Assembly: GCA_950097015.1 (NCBI GenBank)
Contig: CATNEN010000011.1
Span: 4,402,001 to 4,466,000, forward strand
Length of the DNA stretch: 64,000 nucleotides
Reading direction: 5' to 3'
Origin: Macrostomum hystrix
Taxonomy: Eukaryota; Animalia; Platyhelminthes
In this document: piece after piece, positions 45,557 through 56,921 of the stretch
How positions within the stretch are numbered: position 1 is the first letter of the stretch
Layout: every line of letters begins with the position of its first letter
Notes under the pieces: model-generated
Databases searched by the model: none
What the model saw: only the letters and a program-made list of their open reading frames with translations
Told to the model about the DNA's origin: nothing
Position numbers and translations under genes: made by a program

Positions 45557-46516
45557 TTACTGGCCAATATCGCCACCACGCTGTCGTTTGCCTTGCTTTA
45601 TGTCATTGCCCAGTTGGTTGACGGCTGCGGTGGCTTCCAGGAGCATGTCCGGGTCATTTCGGAATCGGGCTTTGCAGGCTCTCAACCAGATGGCCTGACG
45701 CTCGGCATCAAGAGCAGGCCGGCCGCGTCGTCGCCTGCTGACTCCGAGTCTGCCGTTCTTGATCTCCTCGTCCGACCACAGCAGGCGAGCAGCTTCAAGG
45801 CCAAAAAGTGAAGGCGTGGAATTCCTGCCAGCACAATCCAACAGGTTTTGGCCGTTGAACACAGGCTCGAGATTGCCAATCTAGACTAGTTCGGCACCAG
45901 TCGTCTTCGGCTTGTTGGCACGCTTCAGCTCGCGAAAAATTGCGGCCAGAAGCTTTTCCTGCGCCGCGTTCTGCTGCACGATCTTTTTTAGCAGTTTCTC
46001 AGTAATCGCCGAGGTCAAGCTAGGAGTTTCGCTTGGTGTGGCAGCAGCAGCTTGAGCATGTGGCGCAGTGTCATCGCCGTTATTGCTCAGCGATGAGGCC
46101 GATGAAGTTGCCTCAAAGGGCGACTGCGGCCTGGAAGCTGGTGCTTCTTTAGAAAGACTCTGCTCAGCCAGGTTGTTGTTGCTTTCTTCCAAGACAACAG
46201 AGTCACTTCGCTGTAGAAAGCCGAAGCTTTCGTCACGGATATTGATTGGGCCGCGCTTCAGCTTATTTTCGAATCTGAGGAGCAGCTTCTCGATGTCAGC
46301 CTTATCATCGCCAGTTGCAACAACAGTTGCAGTGCTGCCATCTCGCAACGTCACACTCTGCTTTGGGCTTAGTCGTCGCGCGTTTGTATTGCACTTAAAA
46401 AACGATGAAGACGACGGCAGCAGCTCATACTTCTGCTCGCTCTCCCAAAAGAGGAGGATATAGCAGACAGACGATTCTGGCAGGCGACTCGAGGTTGGGG
46501 CCTGCGCTCGCTTCAT
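45557..46516 (-). pseudogene. BEN-type accessory gene with a single premature TAG (45881-45883)
   Basis: The ORFs 45881-46516 and 45557-45862 are in the same frame. The joined product aligns end to end with 52228-53220. Confidence 0.88.
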
Positions 46517-47651
46517 CAGAAGGCTGTAAAGGAAATAACTGAGAGGTTATTCAGAGTCTCGAACTTAAAATCTTACAAACTTGCTAAATTAAAAGCAACA
46601 ACTAAGATATGGATACATATGGATACATAAGATATGGAGCATTTACTCCAAACAGGGCGAACAGCTAGCCAGGCAAACGTGTGCCAACAAACAGACGAAC
46701 ACTCCTTGTTGAACGCCATAAGTAATACTATGCATTGTATGATTAGTGTATGCTGATAAACGAAAATATGAAGACATCATAAACGTGCACCATAAATCAT
46801 AAGATTATCCTAGTTATTCTCATTATATCGAAGTACACTATAAATAATAAAGCACACCCATCAGCCACAAACATAGACATAAACGACGCATACATATTGT
46901 TCAGAAAATACATACATGTTATATTGGAGTAACAGCAACTTACAATATTTCTAATACTAATAAAAAAGCCGGAAATGCCGCCAGTAATAAAATATGATTC
47001 CTTAGCTAAGTTAAACTTACATTGGTCCTGCTAACACTTGAAATTTAATTGTCTCAGAAACAATGCTTTCAGCTCTACTCAAATCAAATTACCTGCACAG
47101 AAACACCACGAGCACCATACGATGTTGATAGAGAAGGAAGCAAACGGCGAAGTGGAATAGCTGCTAAATTACAGCATTGGTACATTATATACAGTATAAC
47201 ATACAATATAGCATTTGCTTCGTTGGCAATATGCAGCTGCTTCTGCTACTTTGCTACTACTGACTATTATTCTGCAGCTTTTGTTAACATGGACAGGCTG
47301 CCCGCGGAGCGAGGACCAGGAGTGCTGGTGGTAGAATGATGAAGTTGAGGTTGCCGTGGATCGGAAACAGCAGATGTTTAAGGAGTAACGGACCGCCAGG
47401 GAAGGCGAGAAGGGGGAGATGCAGTTTGACTTCAGACTGACGATAGGTACGATTGAAGCCACCTTTGGAGAGGTTCGACTGTTTCTGCTATTCTATTGCT
47501 TATTTTACTGTCACAATAGCAGGAGTAGCGGAAGCATTAGGAGGAATGTGTAGTAGCAGAAAAAATGACTGCATTAGCAGGAATTAAGATGCAGTAGGAG
47601 CACGAGTCGTAGCATAACAATAGACAAAAATAGGTGGCTCGAAGTAGGCAC

Positions 47652-47830
47652 TTAATCGTGCTCAAAGTAGGCAGCCACTGGAACTGCAAAAAGCGTACTG
47701 GCACCTGGAAGTGCTTTGCACAGAATTGAAATAAAATGGTTCGCAAGTGTGTTGCACTTCAACACGCACGAACTGCCATCGGAAAGAATTGCACAAGTTG
47801 GCACTGTCTGAAGCAGATGGCGCACGTTGT
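47652..47830 (-). pseudogene. C-terminal remnant of the element A transposase
   Basis: CVLKCNTLANHFISILC..FAVPVAAYFEHD* aligns with CLIKCSTLINYFVSVKC..FAIPVVSDFEHD* at 53700. Confidence 0.8.
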
Positions 47831-50825
47831 CCGGTAGCGAAGCGCCCTCTGGGAACGTCGCGAGCAAATCACTAGCGAATCGCCGGCGAGGTTCGCTGGC
47901 GAATCGCAGCAGGTGATGTCCGCGCGAATCACCGGCGAATCGCTGACGATGCTTCGCTGGCGACAATCGCCAGCATTTCGTTCAAAATTCGCTTATTCTT
48001 TACAGTACTTTGTAATGAAATTTCGCATGACGACATCGCGGAATTAATTTCTGAGCCGTTTCCAAGCTTTCTTCGAGCTTTCTAAGATTTAGAATTCTCT
48101 TTCTAGAATTTTAATGAGACAAGGCTCAGTATATGCATCTTTTATAATAAATAAACATTGGGGTTAGCATACATTCTTCCACTTTCCTAAAAATGAAATG
48201 TTTCTTCTCTTGCTAATTGCTTAGGTTGCAATCACAGAGCCGTTACATAAACAAGTGGCGATTTGAAGTGGCAATCGACCAATCGTCTAGTGACGTCGGT
48301 AGATTTAGGCCCGGCCACAGCTGCTTATAAAATATTATGACCCTCAATTGTTGCAATGATCGAATTTCATGAACGAAAATTACGGACGTACAGATATAAA
48401 ATGAGAATTTAGAAAGGACAGTAGCTGCAAAAGGCAAAAAGTTTAGTTTATTACAGTCTATTGAAGACAAATAAAAAAGAAGCTAGCGATTGTTTGGCGC
48501 AATTGTTAGCTTATTAATATCGTCTATTTGAAGCTATGGCAAATTGAGCGAATTGCTAAAATGAATTTGTGAGAACTACAGACAAAATAATAAATTAACT
48601 ACTGTAAGAAAAAAAATTGACCTGATCGCCATCACGCATCAGTACGTAACTGTTAACGTGGCAAAAAATGAATCATTATTCACAAAGATTAGCTAACATC
48701 GCACTCATGACTCGTGCTTCTAAACAGAGTTAAAAAAATAAATCGTGACAATTATAAGTATTGCGACATTGTCACAGGTATAACAGATTTTTCGGAAATT
48801 TTTCCCATATAGAAAATTGGTCCGGTCAGGAATTTGATAAAAGTAAGTCTCACTTACTATTTGACCTTTCGAAAATTAATAATAATTGCGATGTTCGAGA
48901 GCAAGAGAGGTCAGTTTGAATGGCGACTATTAATTGTGTGTGGGAGGGCGATTTATGAGAGTGGAAGCTGTGATTATTTGGGGCTGGACTGTGACTGGAC
49001 ACAATATTTTTCTGGGACTTGGATGGTCTGGCATGAACATCATTTACTTTAACACTTTAAGTTTGCGTCACGATTCAGAATTTGCGGGTAAATTTAATAC
49101 TCGTAATTAATCTGATCCAATAATTGTATCACTGCATTATCGAATTCAATCGTCATCTGGCAAACATACAAAATCGTCTGTTAACTGAATGCCTAGCTTG
49201 CTTAACCAAAAATCGCCCTTAAAGTTTGTTAAAGCTGAATTACAAACACAATAATTAATACTCGTAAACTATGTGACGGATGTATACATATACACGGAAA
49301 GTGAAAACAGATTGCGTTCGTTCTTAGACAGAATCATTATCTATAACGGGCACAACAAAATATTCGCCTTGACGAGGGACGCAGATACAGGGCTGCAATG
49401 GCCTGCCAGAAACTATCCTTCTAGACAATTGATAAAAACCTATTCCTAGGGCACGCGAGTCGAATGGTACAGTATAAAGGCTACGCGCAAAATTAAGAAG
49501 AGTGCCTTTAATGACACCGTTATCATAACTTTTGACTCTAACAATCATACCATTATCCAGCAATGCACAATTGTTAGGAGAATCGCAAGAATAGGTTACA
49601 GAAGCTTTGCATTGATCGATATGCGCATTCCGCATGTTAAGCAACTGATTTACGGCTCTTTTGAAAGCGTGACGTCCGCCTGTTATTCGTCTTTTGAGTA
49701 CGCCAAGAAAATTTTCAAATTGAAATGCTGAAAAGCGATCTAAGCATCCAAGCCGTCTAGAATATTCTGACAAATGTAATAGGCAATGAACATTATAGGA
49801 AACTGCATGAGTACCATAGAGTCCAGCAAACTGAGAAACGAAAATTCGTAAGCATGCTTCTGCAGCCTCATGGTGCACCGAAAGTCTCTCCGAACACAAG
49901 CAATAAATTGCAAAGTGAAGGTGCAGAAAATGATTAAAGTATGCAAGTTGGAGTTCGCGATGAAAAATGTGAACTGCTGCGTACAAAAGCAGGGTTCGAA
50001 ATTCTGCCGCCTTAAAATTTCTTATTTCCGCAAAGGTGCGCAGCTTCCGGCAAAAAACAGTAGGTATATACTTAGAAAATTCATTCGCTGCTAAAGACAT
50101 GGTGTCAATTTGGGCTTGAGCAAGACGGCAAGCAAGGTGCCTTCCTTTTTCGGGTAGAAAAAACAGAAAACAAATTTTCCGCATAACACCAAGCAGCACA
50201 AGATGCATATATTCTGGTGGGAAACTAGATCGCAGAGGCACAATTGAAACTAGAGGAGAGAGGCCATTCTGATTGTTTTCTAAGTTGTTTGCATAGGAAG
50301 CGTCCGACCGAATTGGGCTGCCGGTTCCAACAAAAGCAACGCGATTAGAGTGATATTCTCCTTTTTGTTGGCAGTAGCCACACCCATAGTAACCCGTGTG
50401 GGACTTAATGCACTGAAGGAACGCACGGGCAGGAGCATCACAAACAAACACTATTTTAGCTAGACAAAAGCTGCAATTCTGTAGAATGAACATTTCATGT
50501 CTTTGAAGATCTGAGATCATATCCAGCAGGGGCACGATCAATTTTTGAAGGTCCGGTTTTCCGAGTCCAGCATACAATCCTAATGGGAAAGGTCCCTCAT
50601 TGTTAATGAGCACTAGTATAGGCCAGAGACCATAGTTGGAGCCAGAAAAAAAGTGGCAGACCGTCTACGTTAATTAAAAGAGTTAGAGGAATTATATGCC
50701 TAGCAAGGTTGTAGGACTTGAATGCTCCCTTTCTTAAAAGCAGACTGATGGTCTCCGTGAAAGAAAAATGGGCGTACTTGGAGTGGCTTACTTCGACGCT
50801 GTGGGCGACTCCATCAGGTTCCTCA
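47830..50825 (-). mobile_element. Left part of EnSpm/CMC-like element C, inserted into the element A transposase
   Basis: Starts TCCGGTAGC followed by GCGAATCGC-type repeats (47875-47975). Contains a transposase of the 20011/40918 type and degraded accessory-gene remnants (e.g. 48243-48330). Confidence 0.65.
49324..50825 (-). pseudogene. EnSpm/CMC-like transposase, N-terminally truncated, one frameshift near 50620
   Basis: INVDGLPLF, VCDAPAR, CGYC, PEYMH, FKAAE, AFQFEN motifs. Cut at the terminus starting at 50826. Confidence 0.88.
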
Positions 50826-52227
50826 CCCGGATAAAAAAAACATACCACACTTACTAAGACTTAATAAGTCATGTGCTTTAAACTTAGTAAGTACTTGGAA
50901 GTACTTACCAACTACTTAATAAGACTTTATAAGTCAAGTAAGTTTTAGGTACATCTTACTAAGTTTAGAGTATAACTTAATAAGTCATTGTAAGTCTTCT
51001 AAGCATTAGCCGCATCTTACTAAGTTTATGTGTAAAACTTAATAATATTAATCACGCACTTTGTACATGTAGAGACAGGTCATAGGTGTCAGGCGAAGAG
51101 CTAAACAATATTAATTTATAATGGCAATGTGCATGCAGTTTAAAGTATCTCTGCCCGTGATTGAAGGCGGCTATATGCCCATCGAACAGGATCAGATAAG
51201 ATTATGAGTAAATATAGGCAAAAACTCCAGAAATTATCTTCTTAAATGGTTTTCTGTATAGGCTTCATTGACTTTAATTATACTTACTGACTCCAATGCA
51301 CATTGAAGCAACCCAATCGGCAGTCGCAGGTAACAAGAAAAAACTTCGTGGAAAATATTTCGGCAGTTTTTAATCCAAAGTAAATAGCACTGGACTGTCC
51401 ATTGGACACGAGCAGAATAAATAAAATGCTAAATGTATTTCCTTTTTGACGACAAAGTTGGCAAATAATAAGTTTAAAGTAAGTTAAGTAAACAGTACAG
51501 TTAAAAAATACAAAATGCAGGCAGACTGAGCCAGGGAATTCTGGCATAGAATGCGAGTGACAGGAAATGTATTTAATGGAAATCGTTTGGAAATCTAGTA
51601 TATCATGTCTATATTGCCCAAAAGTAGAGTACCGAAGTTCAAAAACTGTCACGGGCATTGGTATAAGAATACAATCTCTTGTAGGGGCTACATGGAGGGC
51701 GATTTGGGGAGAGGGAGAGGGTGGAAGGGTGATTGTTGGGGAGAGGGTTGGTGGAGGTGTTAGAGTTGGAGGTCAATTCTGCACGATCATCTCAACCACC
51801 TTACCTCAGAGATTTTGTGTATTCAGATTTAACTTTACTGGGGCCACTGGCAGCTAGATACGTCACAAGAAGCTTTTTTGGAAGAAAAACCATTATGCGA
51901 AAGTTTGCGGACAGTTTCACATATAGATATAAAGCGATGCATAACATCTCGCCCAAAATGAACCATTGTAGAAAAAATCGATTACAGTACTATAAATCAG
52001 TTAACTCGTAATTTTGACATTTATGATCTATTTAGCATCATGCGATTGGCATAAATCTACAAACATTTCATTCAAATTTAATTTGGAATATAGGTTTTTT
52101 ATTTGTCCTACTTAACATGATTATGTGACAAAAGCCCAGCACACAAATCAAGCAAGAAGACAGTCATTAATTAAAGAAGCCAGTTTTCACAAAAAGATGA
52201 CTACATACAAAAGGGTGGTTCACACAG

Positions 52228-53220
52228 TTAGACAGCAGGATTCTTGTTGAGATGACGCACTCGCCGGTTATTTTTGATGTCCAGTCCTAGCTGGTTCACG
52301 GCCTGAGTTGCTTCATCGAGCATGTCTTCGTCGTCTCCAAACCTCTGCTTACAAGCCTGTAACCAAATACGTTGCCTGTCCTCGTCAAGGGCTTGTCTGC
52401 CTGTGTTCCGTTTGCAAGCGCCGATCCGACCAGCCTTCAATTCATCATCGGTCCAAAGACACCGAGCAACCTCAATTCCGAACATTGAAGCGGGGGCATT
52501 TCGCCGAACGCATTGCATTAGATCTTTTCCATCAAATAAAAGTGGCGTGGAGTCAACAGACTCGGGCACTGAGGCAGAAACAGCTACGCGACCTTTCAGA
52601 GCCAGCTTGTTTGCTTTCTTCAATTCCTTCAGAATTCCTGACAAAGTTTTATTCATCTCTTTATTCTGCCTCACTTGCACCCTAAGCAGATGAACTTGTA
52701 ACTCGGATTTGCTGGCGCCGACACTCTGAGACAGTGAGGCATTTTGCAAAGAAGGATCTGTATGCTCAACTTCATGCGCAACCTCATGTTCACTGTCACT
52801 GCTACTACCACTGTCATCATTTCCATTATCTTCAATGATGGACGATCCACATTCTGCAGCTTGATTTTGCTCGCGGGCCTCTTCAGCACCAAGCAACTGC
52901 GAATTTTGTGTAGCATTCAAAAATCCCATGCTGTCCGAAGATATGTTAAGGCGACCATTAGCGAGGCGCTTTTCAAGACGGATCAGTAACTTCTGCATAT
53001 CAGCAGGGTCAGGGCCAATCGCAATCACTTTAGCCACAGAAGAATCCCGCAACATCACAACATCGTTTTCAGCCAAATTCTGAGGATTCGAACCTGTCTT
53101 GAAGTACAGAGAGGAGGATGGAAGCAGCTCGTATTTCTGTTCTGCCTCCCAGAACAAAAGAATGTAGCGCACTGTCATGAGCTCGAATCGATTGGGCCTC
53201 TGTTTTGATTGGCTGGACAT
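52228..53220 (-). CDS. BEN-type accessory protein, 330 aa, intact
   Basis: YILLFWEAEQKYELLP N-terminal motif; C-terminal SMFGIEVARCLWTDDELKAG..GRQALDEDRQRIWLQAC..AVNQLG. Confidence 0.85.
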   Translation of the reverse strand: MSSQSKQRPNRFELMTVRYILLFWEAEQKYELLPSSSLYFKTGSNPQNLAENDVVMLRDSSVAKVIAIGPDPADMQKLLIRLEKRLANGRLNISSDSMGFLNATQNSQLLGAEEAREQNQAAECGSSIIEDNGNDDSGSSSDSEHEVAHEVEHTDPSLQNASLSQSVGASKSELQVHLLRVQVRQNKEMNKTLSGILKELKKANKLALKGRVAVSASVPESVDSTPLLFDGKDLMQCVRRNAPASMFGIEVARCLWTDDELKAGRIGACKRNTGRQALDEDRQRIWLQACKQRFGDDEDMLDEATQAVNQLGLDIKNNRRVRHLNKNPAV

Positions 53221-53699
53221 TCGCTGAAATTAGTCAGTAGAAGCAGATAGTAAGTGGCTGCAATGCGTATTTTGTCTCTAAACATGCAGTTGCACAAGGT
53301 TAGTGAAAATTAAAATTTTAGGACACAAAACAAGTTACAGGGAAATTTAGGATTAAATATCCATATGATAAAAACCTATGTCTCCAATTGAGCATTTCAG
53401 GCAACTTTCTGAACTGAGCTGCTGCATTTACAAAGCTTAATACTTGATCATTATTAACTGAATTATATTACCTTTTCATTGATAGCTTATAACCATAAGA
53501 AACTGATTATCAACGAATATAATACAAAGCAAATACTCTATAGGTAGCTAAAAGCTGAAATGGTGTCTAAACATCCAATAAAAGAAAAGCTATATGCATA
53601 TATTAGACAGTAGTCAGCAAATTGATTGAAAACACAATTTTGGGGCACAGGCATTGACTTTTAAATTTGTCAGTTCATTACATAAATTCATTGAATTAA

Positions 53700-56047
53700 T
53701 TAATCATGCTCAAAATCAGACACAACAGGAATAGCAAAATGGCTTTTTGTCTTAGAACACTTAACTGAAACAAAATAATTAATCAAGGTACTACACTTGA
53801 TAAGACATTGGCTTCTAGGAGTTATCATTGCCACTTGAGAATATGCTAACAACTCATTGTAGAATAGATCAGAAGAGTTAAGAAACATCTTGATAGCAGG
53901 TTGGCTGTCATATTGTTCCACCATACAATGGAAACCATTATTAAGAAGAAATATTTGCTTAATGTAAACAAATTTTGGACTCTGAAGACCATAAAATGCA
54001 AAGGAATATGATGTTCCATGGTTCTTTTGATCATTTTTGTCTATCTTAAACATTTTGCCATTGACAATGACAGCACTAAACTCCATATTGACATCTTCTT
54101 TGTATGTTGGCTTGTGTAGCTGATTCTTTAGGAAGGCTGTAACTCCATCTTTGTCCTTTATACAAGGCTTATCACTTCTAGTCTTAGTCTGCTGTGCAAT
54201 AACATTGGAATGGAAACGGAGAAATCGCCGAATAATAATTTTGGCCTCATCTTTGGATCCAGTGACAAATTTAGTTAGCTTTCCATAAAAACTTTCGAAG
54301 CTAAAGGCAGAATGAGTCCACAATGGCCCAAATTGCACTACTTGGTCAGGCAGATGGCAAAGTGCATGAAGTGAAAAAGTCATCGATCCAGGCCCAAACT
54401 CCTGTTTTATAATTGTCTGAAAACCATGAATCAATGTAGCAGCAATTTTGATATGTCTTTCTTCTACACATGATATGATGATAGCAAATTGATTGCAGCT
54501 GACAAAAGTGCATATGATGTGATGATTGGCACAGAATTGCAATTGCAATATACAACTGGGAGACAGAAGTATAATAAGAATGATTTCCATTCATTTGCTT
54601 TCCATCTTGCAATGTGTTGCAATCCTCTTGGACCACGTTTGAAACTAGTAGGAACCACAATTTGAGTACAAAGTTGAACTGATGCAGTTGATTCAAACAA
54701 GATATTTTACTTAATAAAAAAGTTGTTAGGGTTTTGGTTATACCCAGGTAGACTAAATGCATGATATCAAAAGGAGCAGCAATAGGAATGGGTAAGACTT
54801 TAGCTAATGGTGTTATTCCTTTTACTCCATACTTTGGACTTTTATCACTTCCCATCTGCATGTGCCTTGCGTGTGATTTCACATCACGTAATTCTGCCGA
54901 TTCTATTGGATAGGTCATCTTCCTAAATTCTTTGAGGTAAGTTCCTTTGGCTTTACAAAAGTTGCATCCAAAATAGCCATTGAAGGCTAACATCCGTAAG
55001 CATGCTGCCTTGGCTGGCAAGTCTGCTACAAAGCCAATAACCTTCAAATGAACAGGATGGCCAGATAATTCAAGAACAAAGGCATTAAGTTGCAAAGCTA
55101 CTTCATTCATGAATTCCTCAAATATAGGTTTCGTTTCACCATAACATGGCCAAGATAATATTCTCAAACCTTTGTCTAAACATTGGAGCTAGGTTGATAG
55201 GAATTGGAGTTATAGGCCAAATGGAAAATCCTTTAGACTTTTGAGCAGGTACAACACCATCACAACTAAGAAGACAATAAAGAACATTAGCAGATTCAGG
55301 TTGCTTCATAGATAGAAAAAACTGTCCATCAAGAATGTCACAAATGCCATTGGATGTTTTCCTTCTTTCAGGTAGTCTAAGGATGTCAGGAAACCTTTCT
55401 AGAAGCATTTGAATTTGCTTAGCCAAATCTAGAATAAGATAATGACCACCATTAGACGCTTTCTTTGCTTCAACATCAGTCATAAAGTCATCTAATTCTG
55501 ACCTTTTGAGTTGATACAATGTAGGGCACTTGTTAGGCATAGGCAGTGTAGTAGCAAATAGCTCAAGAATATCTTTTAGTCCAGCATCAGAGATCCCATT
55601 CTTTGTAGCAATTCTTAGAATATTGGCCTTGAAAGTTTCTACACCAATATCAGCATCTTTATATAGTTCATTATCCAAAAGACTTGAAGATGATGATGTT
55701 GAGTCTAATTGATTGCTGTTCACTTCAAAGTGCTCCACATTGTCAAATGGAATTGGTGATGATGTATTACGTGGTCTAAACTCAATTCCATGAGCCAAGG
55801 AAGAACTTGCCATTTCAACATCATGGGCCATAGATAAATTAGGATCATTGATAGGTCGGACATGGCATGGCACTGTCATCACACTAGCCATAGAAATCAT
55901 TAACATCAATGAACTAGTGCTTAGGTTGCCACTTTGTTCGCTAGAACTTGTACTATCTTTAGACTCAGGCTTTGAAGCCTTATATTTATGCTTTACATGC
56001 TTATGCTTTTTATAGCGCCTTGTTTTATTCACTAGTCTTTTGGGCAT
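53700..56047 (-). pseudogene. EnSpm/CMC-like transposase of element B with three frameshifts
   Basis: LSCDGV..SIWPI, VADLPAKA, CNFC, FDIMH, WKANE, AFSFES, FEHD* motifs. Frame changes near 55140, 54700 and 54480 (could partly be sequencing errors). Confidence 0.87.
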
Positions 56048-56921
56048 CTTGAGTCTAGAAAAGAAAAGAGATAATGTCATTTCTTTATATTTTTTTGTCA
56101 ACAAAAAGTTCAATTACATAATTTACTTTACATTTGTCAGCAGTGTTATATGTGTGTTTTATGTGTGAGCAGTGAAAATTTTGATAATCCAAAAACGGTG
56201 CAAATATTTGCCACGATTGTTCAATCTCATTTGCAATTAGAATGGATGGTGCGATCATATCTGCAAATTTTAATTTTATTTAGCGAAAATCTGTACGCTA
56301 TATACAAGATGAATGACGATGTACATTAAAATTTTATTGGCTACTGCCGGCACTTGACAAATTTAAGCAGAGCCGCGTCGTCACCTTGCGAAACTTATAG
56401 TAACCATGCAGTTACAAAAACTTAAGTAACTTTATTCCTATAAACTTGCAAACTTAGTAAGTTAAGAAGCATTCCTATAAGCCTATAAGCTTGCCAAAAT
56501 TAGTAAGCACTTACGAAAACTTACTAAGTTAAGAAGCATTCCATAAGCTTAGTTAGTTTAGTACGTCCTTAGCATAGCACTTTTAAGTCTTACTAAGGGT
56601 AGAATAATTTTCTTTCCCGGGGCATCACTTATAAGTCTTAGTGGACTTAATAAAGCTGTAGATGCTCTACATTTTTATTAAGTAAACCGTAAAGTAACAA
56701 GAGCTATTAGTTGTGACATAGTCATAGAGAACACGTAGTTGACATAACATAAATAGTAAGATCTCTGGCTTAGCAGTAAACTCAGGAACTATGAGATAAT
56801 TGAAAAACTCAAGCCCAACGTGGGCAATGAACAGTGACCATGAGAATATGCAAAGCTTTTTGTTGATAGCGTTAAGCCGTTAAGCAATCAACTGCAAGAG
56901 TATTTTAATTAAAAAATTACC

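Larger units (their letters stand above)
44279..47830 (-). mobile_element. Left part of EnSpm/CMC-like element A, interrupted at about 47830
   Basis: Terminus (G)CCCCGGGAAAAAAATTAT followed by ACTTAGTAAGT-type repeats (44303-44450); BEN gene; only the last ~60 codons of its transposase remain. Confidence 0.8.
50826..56622 (-). mobile_element. EnSpm/CMC-like element B (transposase + BEN gene)
   Basis: Ends CCCGGATAAAAAAAA ... TTTTCTTTCCCGGGG, both flanked by CA (2-bp TSD). ACTTA-N-TAAGT subterminal arrays at 50850-51050 and 56390-56600. Confidence 0.8.

Noticed and set aside
48950-51750. Short similarity GGAGGGCGATTT..GAGAG..TGGAAG..GTGATT between about 48950 and about 51695
   Set aside because: Short and low-complexity; cannot be distinguished from chance without alignment statistics.
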